This document shows positions 20,833 to 30,775 of a DNA stretch of 64,000 nucleotides, piece after piece. This DNA comes from Vulcanimicrobiota bacterium (GTDB taxonomy: Bacteria > Vulcanimicrobiota > Vulcanimicrobiia > Vulcanimicrobiales > Vulcanimicrobiaceae). A model generated the notes under the pieces. It saw nothing but the letters and a program-made list of their open reading frames with translations, was not told where the DNA came from and made no database searches. The position numbers and the translations under genes were made by a program. The stretch's first letter is position 1. Every line of letters starts with the position of its first letter. Location: assembly GCA_963695225.1 (NCBI GenBank), contig OY968762.1, positions 448,001 through 512,000 on the forward strand. The letters run 5' to 3'.

Positions 20833-21285
20833 ATGGGGCGTTCGAACACTATCGACGTGGAGCCGGTCCTCTTAGCCGGCCGTGAAATCTCAGTCCGCGA
20901 CGACGTCGCCGTTCCCGCGTTCGAATCGTATGCTTTTCCGAACCCGGCTCACGTCGAGGTTCTGGTGCGGAGGTCCGGCGGGGAGCTCGAGGTCGCGGGG
21001 ACGATCGACGTGAGCTACGCCGGGTCGTGCGACCGCTGCCTAGAGGACGTGCGAAGAGACCTTCACCTCGAAGTAGACGAGCGATTCATGCCGAAGAACG
21101 AACGAGACGGGCCCTTCGCCGAGAACAACGTCCTCGCTGGGAGCCGGCTCGACCTCGCGGACCTCGTCCGGCAGCTGATCGATTCTGCGCTCCCCCTCTC
21201 GCTCGTCTGTTCGGACGAATGTCGGGGGCTGTGCCCGGTCTGCGGCCTCAACCTGAACGGCGGCGCGTGTTCGCACGCGCCCTGA
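20833..21285 (+). CDS. yceD: YceD/DUF177 family protein
   Basis: CDRCL and C..ECRGLCPVCGLNLN..C motifs; lies upstream of rpmF. Confidence 0.92.
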   Translation: MGRSNTIDVEPVLLAGREISVRDDVAVPAFESYAFPNPAHVEVLVRRSGGELEVAGTIDVSYAGSCDRCLEDVRRDLHLEVDERFMPKNERDGPFAENNVLAGSRLDLADLVRQLIDSALPLSLVCSDECRGLCPVCGLNLNGGACSHAP

Positions 21286-21298
21286 CCTTGGAGAGATC

Positions 21299-21505
21299 AT
21301 GGCAAACCTAAAATGGAAGACCCCGCGTTCGAAAACGCGGAGCCGCAGGGCGGCGAACTGGAAGCTCTCGCCCGTCACGACGGTCGAATGCCCGCAGTGC
21401 CACGCGCCGAAGCGGCCGCACTTCGTGTGCGCGAAGTGCGGCACGTACGACGGCCGGCAGGTCATCACACCGAAGGACGATCACGCTGGTCACGATCACG
21501 CGTAG
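21299..21505 (+). CDS. rpmF: 50S ribosomal protein L32 (zinc-binding form)
   Basis: SKTRSRRA, CPQC, PHFVCAKCGTYDGRQV. Confidence 0.95.
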   Translation: MANLKWKTPRSKTRSRRAANWKLSPVTTVECPQCHAPKRPHFVCAKCGTYDGRQVITPKDDHAGHDHA

Positions 21506-21520
21506 GGCGGGGAGCGCGGC

Positions 21521-22534
21521 GTGGCGCTGAACGGTCATTCCCAAGGGGTCCGGCAATTCGGCGTTCGCATGGCGGGCGTCGGGCATTTCGTCCCCGAACG
21601 GCGGCTGACGAACTTCGACCTCGAGCAGATGCTCGACACGAGCGACGAGTGGATCGTGACCCGGACGGGGATGCGCGAACGCCGCATCGCAGGCCCCGAG
21701 GTAGCCGTCAGCGACCTCTCGCTCGGCGCCGCGCGCCACGCGCTCGAACGCGCCAAGCTCGCCCCCGGCGATATCGATTGCTTCATCATCGCGACCGTGA
21801 CGCCGGACTTCCTGTTTCCTGCGACCGCTTGCCTCGTTGCGGCCCGGCTCGGCGTGCCCGGGAAGCCCGGCTTCGATATGGAGATCGGGTGCAGCGGTTT
21901 CGTCTACGGCCTCACGGTCGCATCGAGCCTGATCCGCACCGGAGTCTTCAAGCGCGTTCTGCTCGTCGGCGCGGAGAAGCTTTCGAACCTCATCGATTAT
22001 GAAGACCGCACGACCGCGATCCTGTTCGGCGACGGCGCGGGGGCGGTCGTCCTCGAGCGCTCCGAAGAGGATTCGTTCTTGGGGAGTTCGCTCGGCTCGG
22101 ACGGTACGACCCCCGAAGTGCTCTACTTGCCTGCCGGCGGCTCGCGCGAGCGGATCACCGCGGTTGGGCTCGAGGAGCGCCGCGACAAGGTCCGCATGCG
22201 CGGCCGGGAAGTCTTCAAGTTCGCCGTCACCAAGATGGTCGAATCGGCTACCGACGCCCTGGCGCAAACCGGGCTGGTGCCGCGCGACGTGGACTTCTTG
22301 GTTCCCCATCAGGCGAACGGGCGCATCATCGAGGCGGCGGCGAAGTACCTCGAAGTCCCGCTCGAACGCTGCGTGATCAACGTCGACGCCTACGGCAACA
22401 CGTCGGCGGCTTCGATACCGATCGCACTCTCGGAGGCCGTCGAGCGCAATACGTTCGCTCCCGGCGACGTCCTGCTCTTCACCGCTTTCGGCGCGGGCCT
22501 CTCGTGGGGCTCGGTCGCTTGGAAGTGGAGCTAG
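21521..22534 (+). CDS. fabH: Beta-ketoacyl-ACP synthase III
   Basis: DTSDEWI, GCSGF, LFGDGAGA, PHQAN, GNTSAAS. Confidence 0.96.
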   Translation: MALNGHSQGVRQFGVRMAGVGHFVPERRLTNFDLEQMLDTSDEWIVTRTGMRERRIAGPEVAVSDLSLGAARHALERAKLAPGDIDCFIIATVTPDFLFPATACLVAARLGVPGKPGFDMEIGCSGFVYGLTVASSLIRTGVFKRVLLVGAEKLSNLIDYEDRTTAILFGDGAGAVVLERSEEDSFLGSSLGSDGTTPEVLYLPAGGSRERITAVGLEERRDKVRMRGREVFKFAVTKMVESATDALAQTGLVPRDVDFLVPHQANGRIIEAAAKYLEVPLERCVINVDAYGNTSAASIPIALSEAVERNTFAPGDVLLFTAFGAGLSWGSVAWKWS

Positions 22535-22796
22535 GCGCGCGCCTGATGCGGGTTGGGGTTATCTTTCCGGGGCAGGGGTCGCAGTTTGTCGGCAGTGCTC
22601 GCAGGATGCGAGCCTTTGCCGACCCGCGCACGGAGGCGCGCGCCTGATGCGGGTTGGGGTTATCTTTCCGGGGCAGGGGTCGCAGTTTGTCGGCAGTGCT
22701 CGCAGGATGCGAGCCTTTGCCGACCCGCGCACGGAGGCGCGCGCCTGATGCGGGTTGGGGTTATTTTTCCGGGGCAGGGGTCGCAGTTTGTCGGCA
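22533..22796 (+). repeat. 101-bp tandem repeat: three copies of the 62-bp fabD start separated by two identical 39-bp hairpin inserts
   Basis: Unit A at 22533-22594, 22634-22695 and 22735-22796 (one C/T difference in the third); unit B GTGCTCGCAGGATGCGAGCCTTTGCCGACCCGCGCACGG at 22595-22633 and 22696-22734. Confidence 0.95.
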
Positions 22797-23689
22797 TGGG
22801 CGGCGCGCTCGCGGAGCAGTCGCCGGCGGCGGCGGCGTTGTACGAGCGGGCGAACGAGATCGTCGGATACGATCTGCGGGGGATCGTCGAGCGCGGGCCG
22901 GAGGAGCTGCTGCGCGAGACGCACTACAGCCAGCCCGCGATCTTCCTCGTCAACTACGCGCTGTTCGCGGCGGTCGGTGACGCCTTGCGTCCCGTCGCCA
23001 GCGCGGCGCATTCGTTCGGTGAATACTGCAGCTTGACGGTCGCCGGGGCGCTCACGTTCGATGAGGCGCTGCGCCTCGTCAACGAGCGCAGCCTCGCGAT
23101 GCAGGCGGCCGCTGAGCAAGCCCCGGGCGCGATGTCCGCGGTCCTCGGCCTCGATACCGAACGGCTCCGCCGGGCGGTCGAGCGGGCCCGCAGCGAAGGG
23201 CGCGTGCAACTCGCGAACTTCAACTCGCCGGGGCAAATCGTGATCAGCGGCGACCGCGCCGCAGTGCGCCGGGCGGGCGAACTCGCGCTCGAAGCGGGGG
23301 CGAAACGCGTCGTCGCGCTCAACGTGTCGGGCGCCTGGCACAGCGAGTTGATGATCCCCGCGCGGAAGCGCTTCGCTCCGTTCGTCGAGGCGGCGCATTT
23401 CGAGCTGCCCTCGCTCACCGTGGTCTCGAACGTTGACGCGCAGCCGTATCGGGATGTGCCGGCGATGAAGCGGAATCTGATCCGCTCGGTGACGGACGAG
23501 GTGCTCTGGCACGAGACGTCGCTGCGCCTGCTTGAAGAAAGGCTCGATCTGGTCGTGGAATTCGGGGGTTCGCCCGTGCTCTGGCCGATGCTGAGGCGCC
23601 TGCCGGGCGCGCCGGAGGGTCTGCACGTCGGGGATTTCGACGCCGTCGAGCGGCTCGCGGCGAAGCTGGCCGCGAAGGCCGCCGTCTGA
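22748..23689 (+). CDS. fabD: Malonyl-CoA:ACP transacylase
   Basis: [39 protein letters not shown]. Confidence 0.95.
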   Translation: MRVGVIFPGQGSQFVGMGGALAEQSPAAAALYERANEIVGYDLRGIVERGPEELLRETHYSQPAIFLVNYALFAAVGDALRPVASAAHSFGEYCSLTVAGALTFDEALRLVNERSLAMQAAAEQAPGAMSAVLGLDTERLRRAVERARSEGRVQLANFNSPGQIVISGDRAAVRRAGELALEAGAKRVVALNVSGAWHSELMIPARKRFAPFVEAAHFELPSLTVVSNVDAQPYRDVPAMKRNLIRSVTDEVLWHETSLRLLEERLDLVVEFGGSPVLWPMLRRLPGAPEGLHVGDFDAVERLAAKLAAKAAV

Positions 23690-24429
23690 TGCCGAACCCC
23701 GTCGCGCTCGTCACCGGCGCGAGCCGCGGCATCGGCCGCGCGATCGCCGTCGATCTAGCCCGGCACGGCTGCGACGTCGCGATCGTCGCCCGCACCGAAG
23801 CCGCGCTCGCCGAAACCGCCGAGCTGATCGCGTCCGCCCGCCCGGGCGCGGAGGTCCTCCCGCTCGCGATCGACGTCACCGATCCCGCCGCCGTCGACGG
23901 CGCGGTCGCCGCTACGCTCAAGCGTTTCGGGCGGATCGATTCGGTCGTGGGGAACGCGGGCCAGGCCATCGACGCGCTGATCATGCGGACGAAGCCCGAG
24001 ACGGTCGACCGAATGCTCGACGTCAACCTGAAATCGGCGTTCTACCTCTGTTCCGCGGTCGCCCGCCCGATGATGAAGCAGCGCTCGGGTTCGATCGTGC
24101 TGATCTCGAGCATCGTCGGGATCAGCGGCAACGCGGGGCAGGCGGCATACGCGGCCTCGAAAGCCGGGCTGATCGCTCTCGCGAAGTCCGTAGCAAAGGA
24201 ATTGGGGTCACGGAACGTAAGAGTGAACGCCGTCGCGCCGGGCCTGATCGAGACGGCCATGACCGAGGCGATGCAGGCCGAAGCGCGAGATTACTACCTG
24301 AAGACGATTGCACTGGGACGAACGGGGACGCCGGAAGACGTCGCCGGTGTCGTCACGTTCTTATGTTCCGACGCCGCACGCTACGTCACCGGTCAAACGA
24401 TCGTGGTCGACGGCGGGTTCTTGATGTAA
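23689..24429 (+). CDS. fabG: 3-oxoacyl-ACP reductase
   Basis: [27 protein letters not shown]. Confidence 0.95.
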   Translation: MPNPVALVTGASRGIGRAIAVDLARHGCDVAIVARTEAALAETAELIASARPGAEVLPLAIDVTDPAAVDGAVAATLKRFGRIDSVVGNAGQAIDALIMRTKPETVDRMLDVNLKSAFYLCSAVARPMMKQRSGSIVLISSIVGISGNAGQAAYAASKAGLIALAKSVAKELGSRNVRVNAVAPGLIETAMTEAMQAEARDYYLKTIALGRTGTPEDVAGVVTFLCSDAARYVTGQTIVVDGGFLM

Positions 24430-24460
24430 ATGCCGCGCCTGCAAGCGCATGGGGAGATTC

Positions 24461-24703
24461 ATGGCGACCACGTTTGATCGAGTAAAGAAAATCATCGTCG
24501 AGCAGCTCGGAGTCGACGAAGCCGAAGTGACGCTGGAAGCGTCGATCACCGACGACTTGGGAGCGGACTCGCTCGATCAGGTCGAGCTCGTGATGGCGTT
24601 CGAGACCGAATTCAACATCGACATCCCGGACGAGGAAGCGGAGAAGATCAAGACCGTCGGCGACGCCGTCAAGAAGATCGACGAAACCGCTCCGAAGGCC
24701 TAG
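24461..24703 (+). CDS. acpP: Acyl carrier protein
   Basis: [23 protein letters not shown]. Confidence 0.96.
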   Translation: MATTFDRVKKIIVEQLGVDEAEVTLEASITDDLGADSLDQVELVMAFETEFNIDIPDEEAEKIKTVGDAVKKIDETAPKA

Positions 24704-24712
24704 AGCTTCGCT

Positions 24713-26047
24713 TTGCTCGAAGCCTTAGGCGAACGGCTCGGCGCGATCTTCGCGCGACTCGGAAACCGCGGCCGCCTGACGGAGGCCGACGTCAACGAGG
24801 TCGCGCGCGAGGTTCGCATCGCGTTGCTCGAAGCCGACGTCAACTTGTCCGTCGCGAAAGAATTCGTAGCGCGGATCAAGGAGAAGGCCGTCGGCGCCGA
24901 CGTGCTCGCGTCGCTGACGCCCGGCCAGTCCGTCATCAAGATCGTCCACGACGAGCTCGTATCGCTGATGGGCGGAGCGCAGGCGCGGCTGCAGTTCGCC
25001 GACGCTCCGCCGTCCGTGATCATGCTGGTCGGGTTGCAAGGCTCAGGGAAGACGACGCATGCGGGGAAGCTCGCGATGCGCCTCAAGGAACAAGGCCGCC
25101 GCTCGCTGCTCGTCGCCGCCGACATCTACCGGCCGGCGGCGATCGCGCAGTTGCAGACGCTCGGCAAGCAGATCGATTTGCCCGTGTGGACCGAGGCGTC
25201 GCGCAACGCCGTCGCCATCGCCGAGCACGGCGTCGCCGAAGCGCGGCGGCTCGGCATCTCGACCGTCATCATCGATACGGCGGGCCGGCTGCAGATCGAC
25301 GAAGCGCTCATGGAAGAACTCGAGCGCATCAAGCGCGCGACGAAGCCGAAGGAGATCCTGTTCGTCGCCGATGCGATGACCGGGCAAGAGGCGACGAACG
25401 TCGCCAAGGGCTTCAACGATCGGCTCGGGATCACGGGCGTCATCCTCACGAAGATGGACGGCGATACGCGCGGCGGCGCGGCGCTCTCGATCTTCCAGGT
25501 GACGGGCGCGCCGATCAAGTTCGTCGGCGTCGGCGAGAAGCTCTCGGCGCTCGAGGCGTTCTACCCGGACCGGCTCGCCTCGCGGATCCTCGGCATGGGC
25601 GACGTCCTCACGTTGATCGAGAAGACGCAGAGCGTCTACTCCGAGCAGCAAGCCAAGGACCTCGAGGAGAAGCTTCGCAAGAACGATTTCACGCTGGACG
25701 ATTTCCTCGAGCAGCTCCGTCAAGTTCGCAAGATGGGGCCCATGAAGGATCTCCTGAAAATGATTCCGGGCCTCGCGCGGGCCTTGCCCGCCGACGTCGA
25801 ACTCCCCGAGAGCGACGTAGCCCGGGTCGAAGCGATCATCTGCTCGATGACGCGCCACGAACGCCGCCGCCCGGATATCCTGAACGCTTCGCGTCGCAAG
25901 CGCATCGCCGTCGGAAGCGGGACGCAAGTCGCCGACGTCAACCGCCTCGTCAAGCAGTTCGAGGCCTCCCGCCAGATGATGAAACAGTTCGGCGGAAACA
26001 AGAAGAAGATTCCCAAGATGCTCGGGCGTCTGGGTAGCGGCAAGTAG
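24713..26047 (+). CDS. ffh: Signal recognition particle protein
   Basis: GLQGSGKTT, DTAGR, TKMDGD, RLASRILGMGD, SRRKRIAVGSG; TTG start. Confidence 0.97.
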   Translation: MLEALGERLGAIFARLGNRGRLTEADVNEVAREVRIALLEADVNLSVAKEFVARIKEKAVGADVLASLTPGQSVIKIVHDELVSLMGGAQARLQFADAPPSVIMLVGLQGSGKTTHAGKLAMRLKEQGRRSLLVAADIYRPAAIAQLQTLGKQIDLPVWTEASRNAVAIAEHGVAEARRLGISTVIIDTAGRLQIDEALMEELERIKRATKPKEILFVADAMTGQEATNVAKGFNDRLGITGVILTKMDGDTRGGAALSIFQVTGAPIKFVGVGEKLSALEAFYPDRLASRILGMGDVLTLIEKTQSVYSEQQAKDLEEKLRKNDFTLDDFLEQLRQVRKMGPMKDLLKMIPGLARALPADVELPESDVARVEAIICSMTRHERRRPDILNASRRKRIAVGSGTQVADVNRLVKQFEASRQMMKQFGGNKKKIPKMLGRLGSGK

Positions 26048-26103
26048 CCGCACGCCGGCGCATCCGCGCCGAACATCGATAAGAAAGAGAACGAGAAGAA
26101 CTC

Positions 26104-26397
26104 ATGGTCAAGATTCGCCTGCGCCGCACCGGCGCCAAGAAACAACCGACGTACCGTTTCGTCGTCGCCGACGTGCGCTCGCCGCGCGACGGGCGCTTCA
26201 TCGAGATCCTCGGGCACTACAACCCGCGTACCGAACCCAAGACCGTCGTCTTCGACGAAGAAAAGGCGAAGGCGTGGCTCGCGAAGGGCGCGCAGCCCAG
26301 CGATACCGTGCGCCGCCTGTTCGCAGAGAAGGGCGTCATGGAGCGCGGTCCCGTGCCGACGACGAAGCGGAAGCCGAAGAACTCGAAGGGCGAGTAG
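26104..26397 (+). CDS. rpsP: 30S ribosomal protein S16
   Basis: [32 protein letters not shown]. Confidence 0.97.
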   Translation: MVKIRLRRTGAKKQPTYRFVVADVRSPRDGRFIEILGHYNPRTEPKTVVFDEEKAKAWLAKGAQPSDTVRRLFAEKGVMERGPVPTTKRKPKNSKGE

Positions 26398-26400
26398 CCG

Positions 26401-26994
26401 ATGAGCGCGTTCGACGACGAATTCGGACTGTTCGGAGACGAAGGGCCGAGCGAGGACGAGCGCCGCTCGACCCTCGGGGCGCGCAAGATCGATAGCGGCG
26501 ATTCGAACCACGACGAGATCGAGTTCGAGGATGCCCGGCCGCGCCGCCGCACGCCCGGCGCGACGAGCCCCGTATCGACGGGCTCTGCTCCGGCGGGCGG
26601 CGGGCCGCGCAACGGCGTCGCCCGGAGGCGGCGCGAGGCCGAGGGGACGCGCGAGCAGCTTCCGGCGGAGATCGCGCACCCACGCGCGACCGAACTGCTG
26701 ACGTTCCTCGCGAAGAAACTCGTGAGCAACCCGGACGCGGTCGCCGTCGAACTCCATGCGGATCGCGGCGGCGCCGTCCTGGAATTGGAAGTCGATCCCG
26801 AAGACCTCGGCAAGGTGATCGGGCGCGGCGGCCGGGTCGCCCAAGCGCTCCGGACGCTCGTGCGCGCGGGCGCGCAGGGCCGCGTCACGGTCGACATCAT
26901 CGACGTCGACGAGGCGGACGACGAAGAAGAAGCCGAGGACGAGGAAGCCGCGCCGCAAGAATCGCCCGCTCCGGCTGCCGCCCCGGAAGATTGA
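26401..26994 (+). CDS. khpA: KH-domain RNA-binding protein with long disordered termini
   Basis: DLGKVIGRGGRVAQALRTLV; located between rpsP and rimM. Confidence 0.88.
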   Translation: MSAFDDEFGLFGDEGPSEDERRSTLGARKIDSGDSNHDEIEFEDARPRRRTPGATSPVSTGSAPAGGGPRNGVARRRREAEGTREQLPAEIAHPRATELLTFLAKKLVSNPDAVAVELHADRGGAVLELEVDPEDLGKVIGRGGRVAQALRTLVRAGAQGRVTVDIIDVDEADDEEEAEDEEAAPQESPAPAAAPED

Positions 26995-26997
26995 CGC

Positions 26998-27522
26998 ATG
27001 CCCTCCGCTCGAGTCGCAGTCGCCCGCCTGGCGGGCGTCTTCGGCGTTCGCGGGGAGCTCAAGTGCAAACCGGCGGCCTACGGAGACGGCGTGCTCGCCG
27101 CCGGCCGCCGGTATTTCACCTCGGCCGACCCCGCCGTCGCTACCGCCCTCGAGTTGGCGACTGTCCGGCGGCATCACGAGCGTTCGATCGTGACCGTCGC
27201 GGGCGTCGAGTCGCCCGAAGCGGCGCGCAAGCTCGTCGGCACCGAATTGTTCCTAGAACGAGGAGAAATCGAACTGGGCGCGGACGAGTTTTTCGACGCC
27301 GATCTCGTGGGGCTGCGACTGCTCGACGATACGGGGCGCGAGCGCGGTACCGTCGTGCGCGTCGAGCACTACCCGGCGCAAGATTGCCTGGTCGTCTCCC
27401 CGCGTGAAGCCCTCGTTCCGCTCGTGCGAGCATTCGCGCCGAAGATCGATCTTGTGGCGCGAACGATCGTCATGACGCTTCCCCCCGGCCTGCTCGACCC
27501 GAGCGAGGGGGAGGAAGCCTAG
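26998..27522 (+). CDS. rimM: Ribosome maturation factor RimM
   Basis: FGVRGELK, EFFDADLVG, LVPLV, PPGLLD; synteny with rpsP. Confidence 0.92.
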   Translation: MPSARVAVARLAGVFGVRGELKCKPAAYGDGVLAAGRRYFTSADPAVATALELATVRRHHERSIVTVAGVESPEAARKLVGTELFLERGEIELGADEFFDADLVGLRLLDDTGRERGTVVRVEHYPAQDCLVVSPREALVPLVRAFAPKIDLVARTIVMTLPPGLLDPSEGEEA

Positions 27523-27534
27523 GCGCCCTCCGCC

Positions 27535-28560
27535 TCAGCGACGCCCGCGCGATCCTTTCGGGAGCACCGCGTCGAGCGCTTCGTCGACGGCCCCGTCGAG
27601 GGCGAGATCGTCCGCGGTGCGCCCGATCGAGCGATGTTCGGCGTGCTTCTTGGCGACGATGTTTCCGTCGCAATCGAAGACGATCAAATCGAACTTCGCT
27701 TGAGCGTACGGCGAGAACCCAGGATCGATGCGCGTCAGTGCGATCGAACCGCCGAAGACGCGCGCGTCCGGACGCAGCGGCGTGACCTTGCAGATCTGCG
27801 CCCCCTGAACCATGAAATCGGTCGTGACGACATCGAGAGACGTCGGCGCCTTGAGGCGTCTCGTCAGTTGTTGCGTCAGTTCGCTATCGGCCCGGGCGAG
27901 CGCAGCTTGGTCCGACGGGGGGCCGCCGACGTGCAGGACGGCGATCTCGACGTCCGCCAAGGACGTTATCGAACTCGGCGGGGGCGTGCCGGCCTGTCCG
28001 GGGGCGGCGGCCTGGCCCGTCGCGTTATGTTGGAAAAGCGGGCCGAGGTTCGCTGCGTTGTGTTGCGCGGCGGGCTGTGTCGTGGGCGGTGCCGGCGGCG
28101 GCGTCGTATCGATTGCGGCGGTGTAACGCCCGGCGTGCCGCAGGATGGCGGTGCGGATCAGATCGGCCTGCGCGCTCGCTTCGTTGTACGAGTTCACCTG
28201 GACGGTGTCGCTCCAGACCTGGATTCCGCTGTGCGTGCTCACGACCTGATTGATCAACGTCACCGCGTCGCCGAGCGGCGAGACGTACCCCGTGACGTAG
28301 TAGTCCGCACCCGCCTCGAGCGCTGCGTCGAGGTAGTGCTTGCGCTCCGTGCCGGGGGCGGGCGGCTTCACCGTCACACCCCCGAGCGCGCTTAAGCGGC
28401 TCGCATAGATGACGCTCACTTTACCGCCCGCTTGCGGATCGGCGGTCCCCGCGACGGTCAACGGATAGATGACGACGACGGGAGCGCTTTGCGCGCTTGC
28501 CGGGGCCGAGAGCGCTACGCCGAGCGCGCAGAGCGCGGCGAGTGCGAAGAATTGTCTCAT
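27535..28560 (-). CDS. Secreted hypothetical protein
   Basis: Signal peptide MRQFFAL...ASA-Q; two domains joined by a Pro-rich linker; start overlaps the upstream stop. Confidence 0.7.
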   Translation of the reverse strand: MRQFFALAALCALGVALSAPASAQSAPVVVIYPLTVAGTADPQAGGKVSVIYASRLSALGGVTVKPPAPGTERKHYLDAALEAGADYYVTGYVSPLGDAVTLINQVVSTHSGIQVWSDTVQVNSYNEASAQADLIRTAILRHAGRYTAAIDTTPPPAPPTTQPAAQHNAANLGPLFQHNATGQAAAPGQAGTPPPSSITSLADVEIAVLHVGGPPSDQAALARADSELTQQLTRRLKAPTSLDVVTTDFMVQGAQICKVTPLRPDARVFGGSIALTRIDPGFSPYAQAKFDLIVFDCDGNIVAKKHAEHRSIGRTADDLALDGAVDEALDAVLPKGSRGRR

Positions 28561-29411
28561 GCGGAGCGTCTTTCTGATGATGAAGGCAGATTCGTGTGAG
28601 CGGGCATCCAGCGGGCCCACTGTGCGCTTACGAGTGCGCCGTAAAGGAAGATGATTCCCATGTAGTAGAGCCAGAGCAGCAGGATCGCGAGCGCGGAGAG
28701 CGCCCCGTAGACCCGCATGAAATTCACGTGCGTCGAGTAGACGGCGAACGCGATCTGCGCGATTTCCCAGGCGACGGCCGTGACGAGGGCGCCGGGGATG
28801 CCGAACCACCACGGCATGCGATCGTTCGGCAGATACGTGTAGAGGATTGCGGCGAGCAGGAAGATCACCACGAACCCGGTGCCGTAGCTGATGAGCTGCG
28901 AAGCGACGATCGATTCGCGGAACCCGCCGAATCGGACCGCGAACGAGACGATCAGCGGCACGGTCGTAGCGGCGAGCAAGAGGGCGCCCAACACCGGGAG
29001 CATGATCAGAGCGACGACGATGTCCTTGAGCAGCGGGCGCCCTTCCGGGATGCCGAGCGCTCGATTGAGCGCGTAGGCGAGCCCCATGAACAGGTTCTTC
29101 GCCGACCAAGCCAGCACGGCCAGACCGACGATTCCGGAGATGATGCCCGGGAAGCCGTGCGAGCCGGCGAGTTGCGAGATGTTGTCCGCGACGATCTCCT
29201 GGACGCCGGGTGCCAGCGTCGCAGCGAGTTCGAGGCCGCGCTCTTCACCCGATTGCGTGCCGTAGACGTAGGCGAGGATGCCGATCGCGATTAAGACGAG
29301 CGGGAAGATGGCAAAGAGCGCGTTGAAGGCGATCGCTTGCGCGAGGACGGCGCACCCGTCTTGCGAGAACCGGCGCGCGGCGCCGCGGAACACGTCGATC
29401 AGGCGCCGCAT
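28557..29411 (-). CDS. YihY/virulence factor BrkB family membrane protein
   Basis: AQAIAFNALFAIFP, LYTYLPN, PGALV, YGALSALAILLLWLY. Confidence 0.9.
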   Translation of the reverse strand: MRRLIDVFRGAARRFSQDGCAVLAQAIAFNALFAIFPLVLIAIGILAYVYGTQSGEERGLELAATLAPGVQEIVADNISQLAGSHGFPGIISGIVGLAVLAWSAKNLFMGLAYALNRALGIPEGRPLLKDIVVALIMLPVLGALLLAATTVPLIVSFAVRFGGFRESIVASQLISYGTGFVVIFLLAAILYTYLPNDRMPWWFGIPGALVTAVAWEIAQIAFAVYSTHVNFMRVYGALSALAILLLWLYYMGIIFLYGALVSAQWARWMPAHTNLPSSSERRSA

Positions 29412-29423
29412 GGCCGGCCCAGC

Positions 29424-29951
29424 GTGCTCGTAGCGGTCCTCGTCACGGTGCTCCTCGACGGGCGGCCGGTCGAAGCGTCGACCCCGGCCGTGCTGGCAGG
29501 CGGGACGATCGTTGCTCCGCTCGATCCCTTCGTGCGACGGCTTGCCCGCCGGATCGAGTACGATCCGTCGAACCGTTCGATTCTCATCGTCGGCGATGGT
29601 CGCACGGCCCGGCTCGCGATCGGAGATCGCGTGCTACGGGGGGACGAACGACCCGAGGGGCTCCCCATCGCCCCATTCCTCCGCGACGGGCAGCCCCAAA
29701 TCCCGCTCGCCGCGGTCGCGCGCGCGCTCGGCGCGACCGTCAGTTACGATGCTCGCTCACACACGCTCGAGATCATCGAAGCGCCGCCGCCCGAACTCGC
29801 GAGCCCCCTTCCCCAAAGCGTCCCGCCCGGCATTCCGCGCGCCACGTTCACGCCGCAGCCGGTCTCCACGCCGCGCCCGCTCGTCACCGGCGTGCCGCAG
29901 GTGCGCCGCACGCCGGTTTGGGAGAGGCCTTCGTTACCGGTTGCGCGCTAG
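29424..29951 (+). CDS. Copper amine oxidase N-terminal-domain protein (start uncertain)
   Basis: APFLRDG..QIPLAAVARALGATVSYD motif; Pro-rich tail. Confidence 0.65.
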   Translation: MLVAVLVTVLLDGRPVEASTPAVLAGGTIVAPLDPFVRRLARRIEYDPSNRSILIVGDGRTARLAIGDRVLRGDERPEGLPIAPFLRDGQPQIPLAAVARALGATVSYDARSHTLEIIEAPPPELASPLPQSVPPGIPRATFTPQPVSTPRPLVTGVPQVRRTPVWERPSLPVAR

Positions 29952-29967
29952 CGCTCCGGCTTTCGCT

Positions 29968-30663
29968 CTAGGCCGGTGTCGGTGAGGGCTCGGGCTCGAT
30001 CGCCGGGAGGACGGGATCCTCGATCAAGGACTTCAGCTTGAGCAGCATCTTGCGCTGCATGATGAAGTGGATGAGGTCGAGCCCTGGGACGGGCGGCATG
30101 TGCGGCCCGAGCCTCCAGCGCGCGATCACGCGCGTCTGGTACTGGTCGACCGGGACGAGCGTGAACGACCAGGTTCCGTGCAGCGCGATCCCGCCGGCCT
30201 GGACGTTCGCCCAATCCCCTGGCGCCACGAGCACGAGGGCGCGCTGCGGCTCGTACACGGCGACGACTTGCGCCGAGACCTCGTCGGCGAGGCCCGGCGG
30301 GGCGAGGGGGAGCGTCTCCCCGACCTTGCGCTCCACTTGGAACTCGGGGACGATCCGCTCGACGTTGGGCATTTGAGCCCCGACCAGGTTCTCGAGGACC
30401 GTGTAGCTGTAGAAGCCCGCGCGGTCTTGCCCGAGCTGCACGAACCAAGGCCAGATCACAGCCGGCGTCGCCGCGATCGTCACGGCGTGGGTCGCGTGGT
30501 ACATCGCGTCCTTGGAGAGGTCGTCGCCGGGATAGAATGCGGCGAGTTCCTCGTCCGTGGCGCCCCAACGGGAGTAAACCGGTTGCAGCAGGTTGCGCGC
30601 GACGGCGAGTCCGGCAACGGCGATACCCAGCGTCGCTCCGCCCTTAACGAGTTTCTTCAACAT
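29968..30663 (-). CDS. SRPBCC-like hypothetical protein
   Basis: WGATDEE...PGDD, HAVTI, IWPWFVQLGQDRAGFYSY, HFIMQRKML. Confidence 0.8.
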   Translation of the reverse strand: MLKKLVKGGATLGIAVAGLAVARNLLQPVYSRWGATDEELAAFYPGDDLSKDAMYHATHAVTIAATPAVIWPWFVQLGQDRAGFYSYTVLENLVGAQMPNVERIVPEFQVERKVGETLPLAPPGLADEVSAQVVAVYEPQRALVLVAPGDWANVQAGGIALHGTWSFTLVPVDQYQTRVIARWRLGPHMPPVPGLDLIHFIMQRKMLLKLKSLIEDPVLPAIEPEPSPTPA

Positions 30664-30775
30664 GGGTCCCAGGATCGAACCTCCGTGTGAACGCCGCGTG
30701 AAGTCGAGCGGACCCGCGCACTTGCGCGCGCGGGTCGGGTAGTTGCGGCGCGGTCGCGAGGCGAATGGGGCCGTA

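Noticed and set aside
22553..22747. N-terminal extension of FabD in the ORF track
   Set aside because: Arises from the tandem repeat; the real start is ATG 22748 ([13 protein letters not shown]).
22533..22796. CRISPR array
   Set aside because: The spacers are identical, the repeat is the 62-bp start of fabD, and no cas genes are present.
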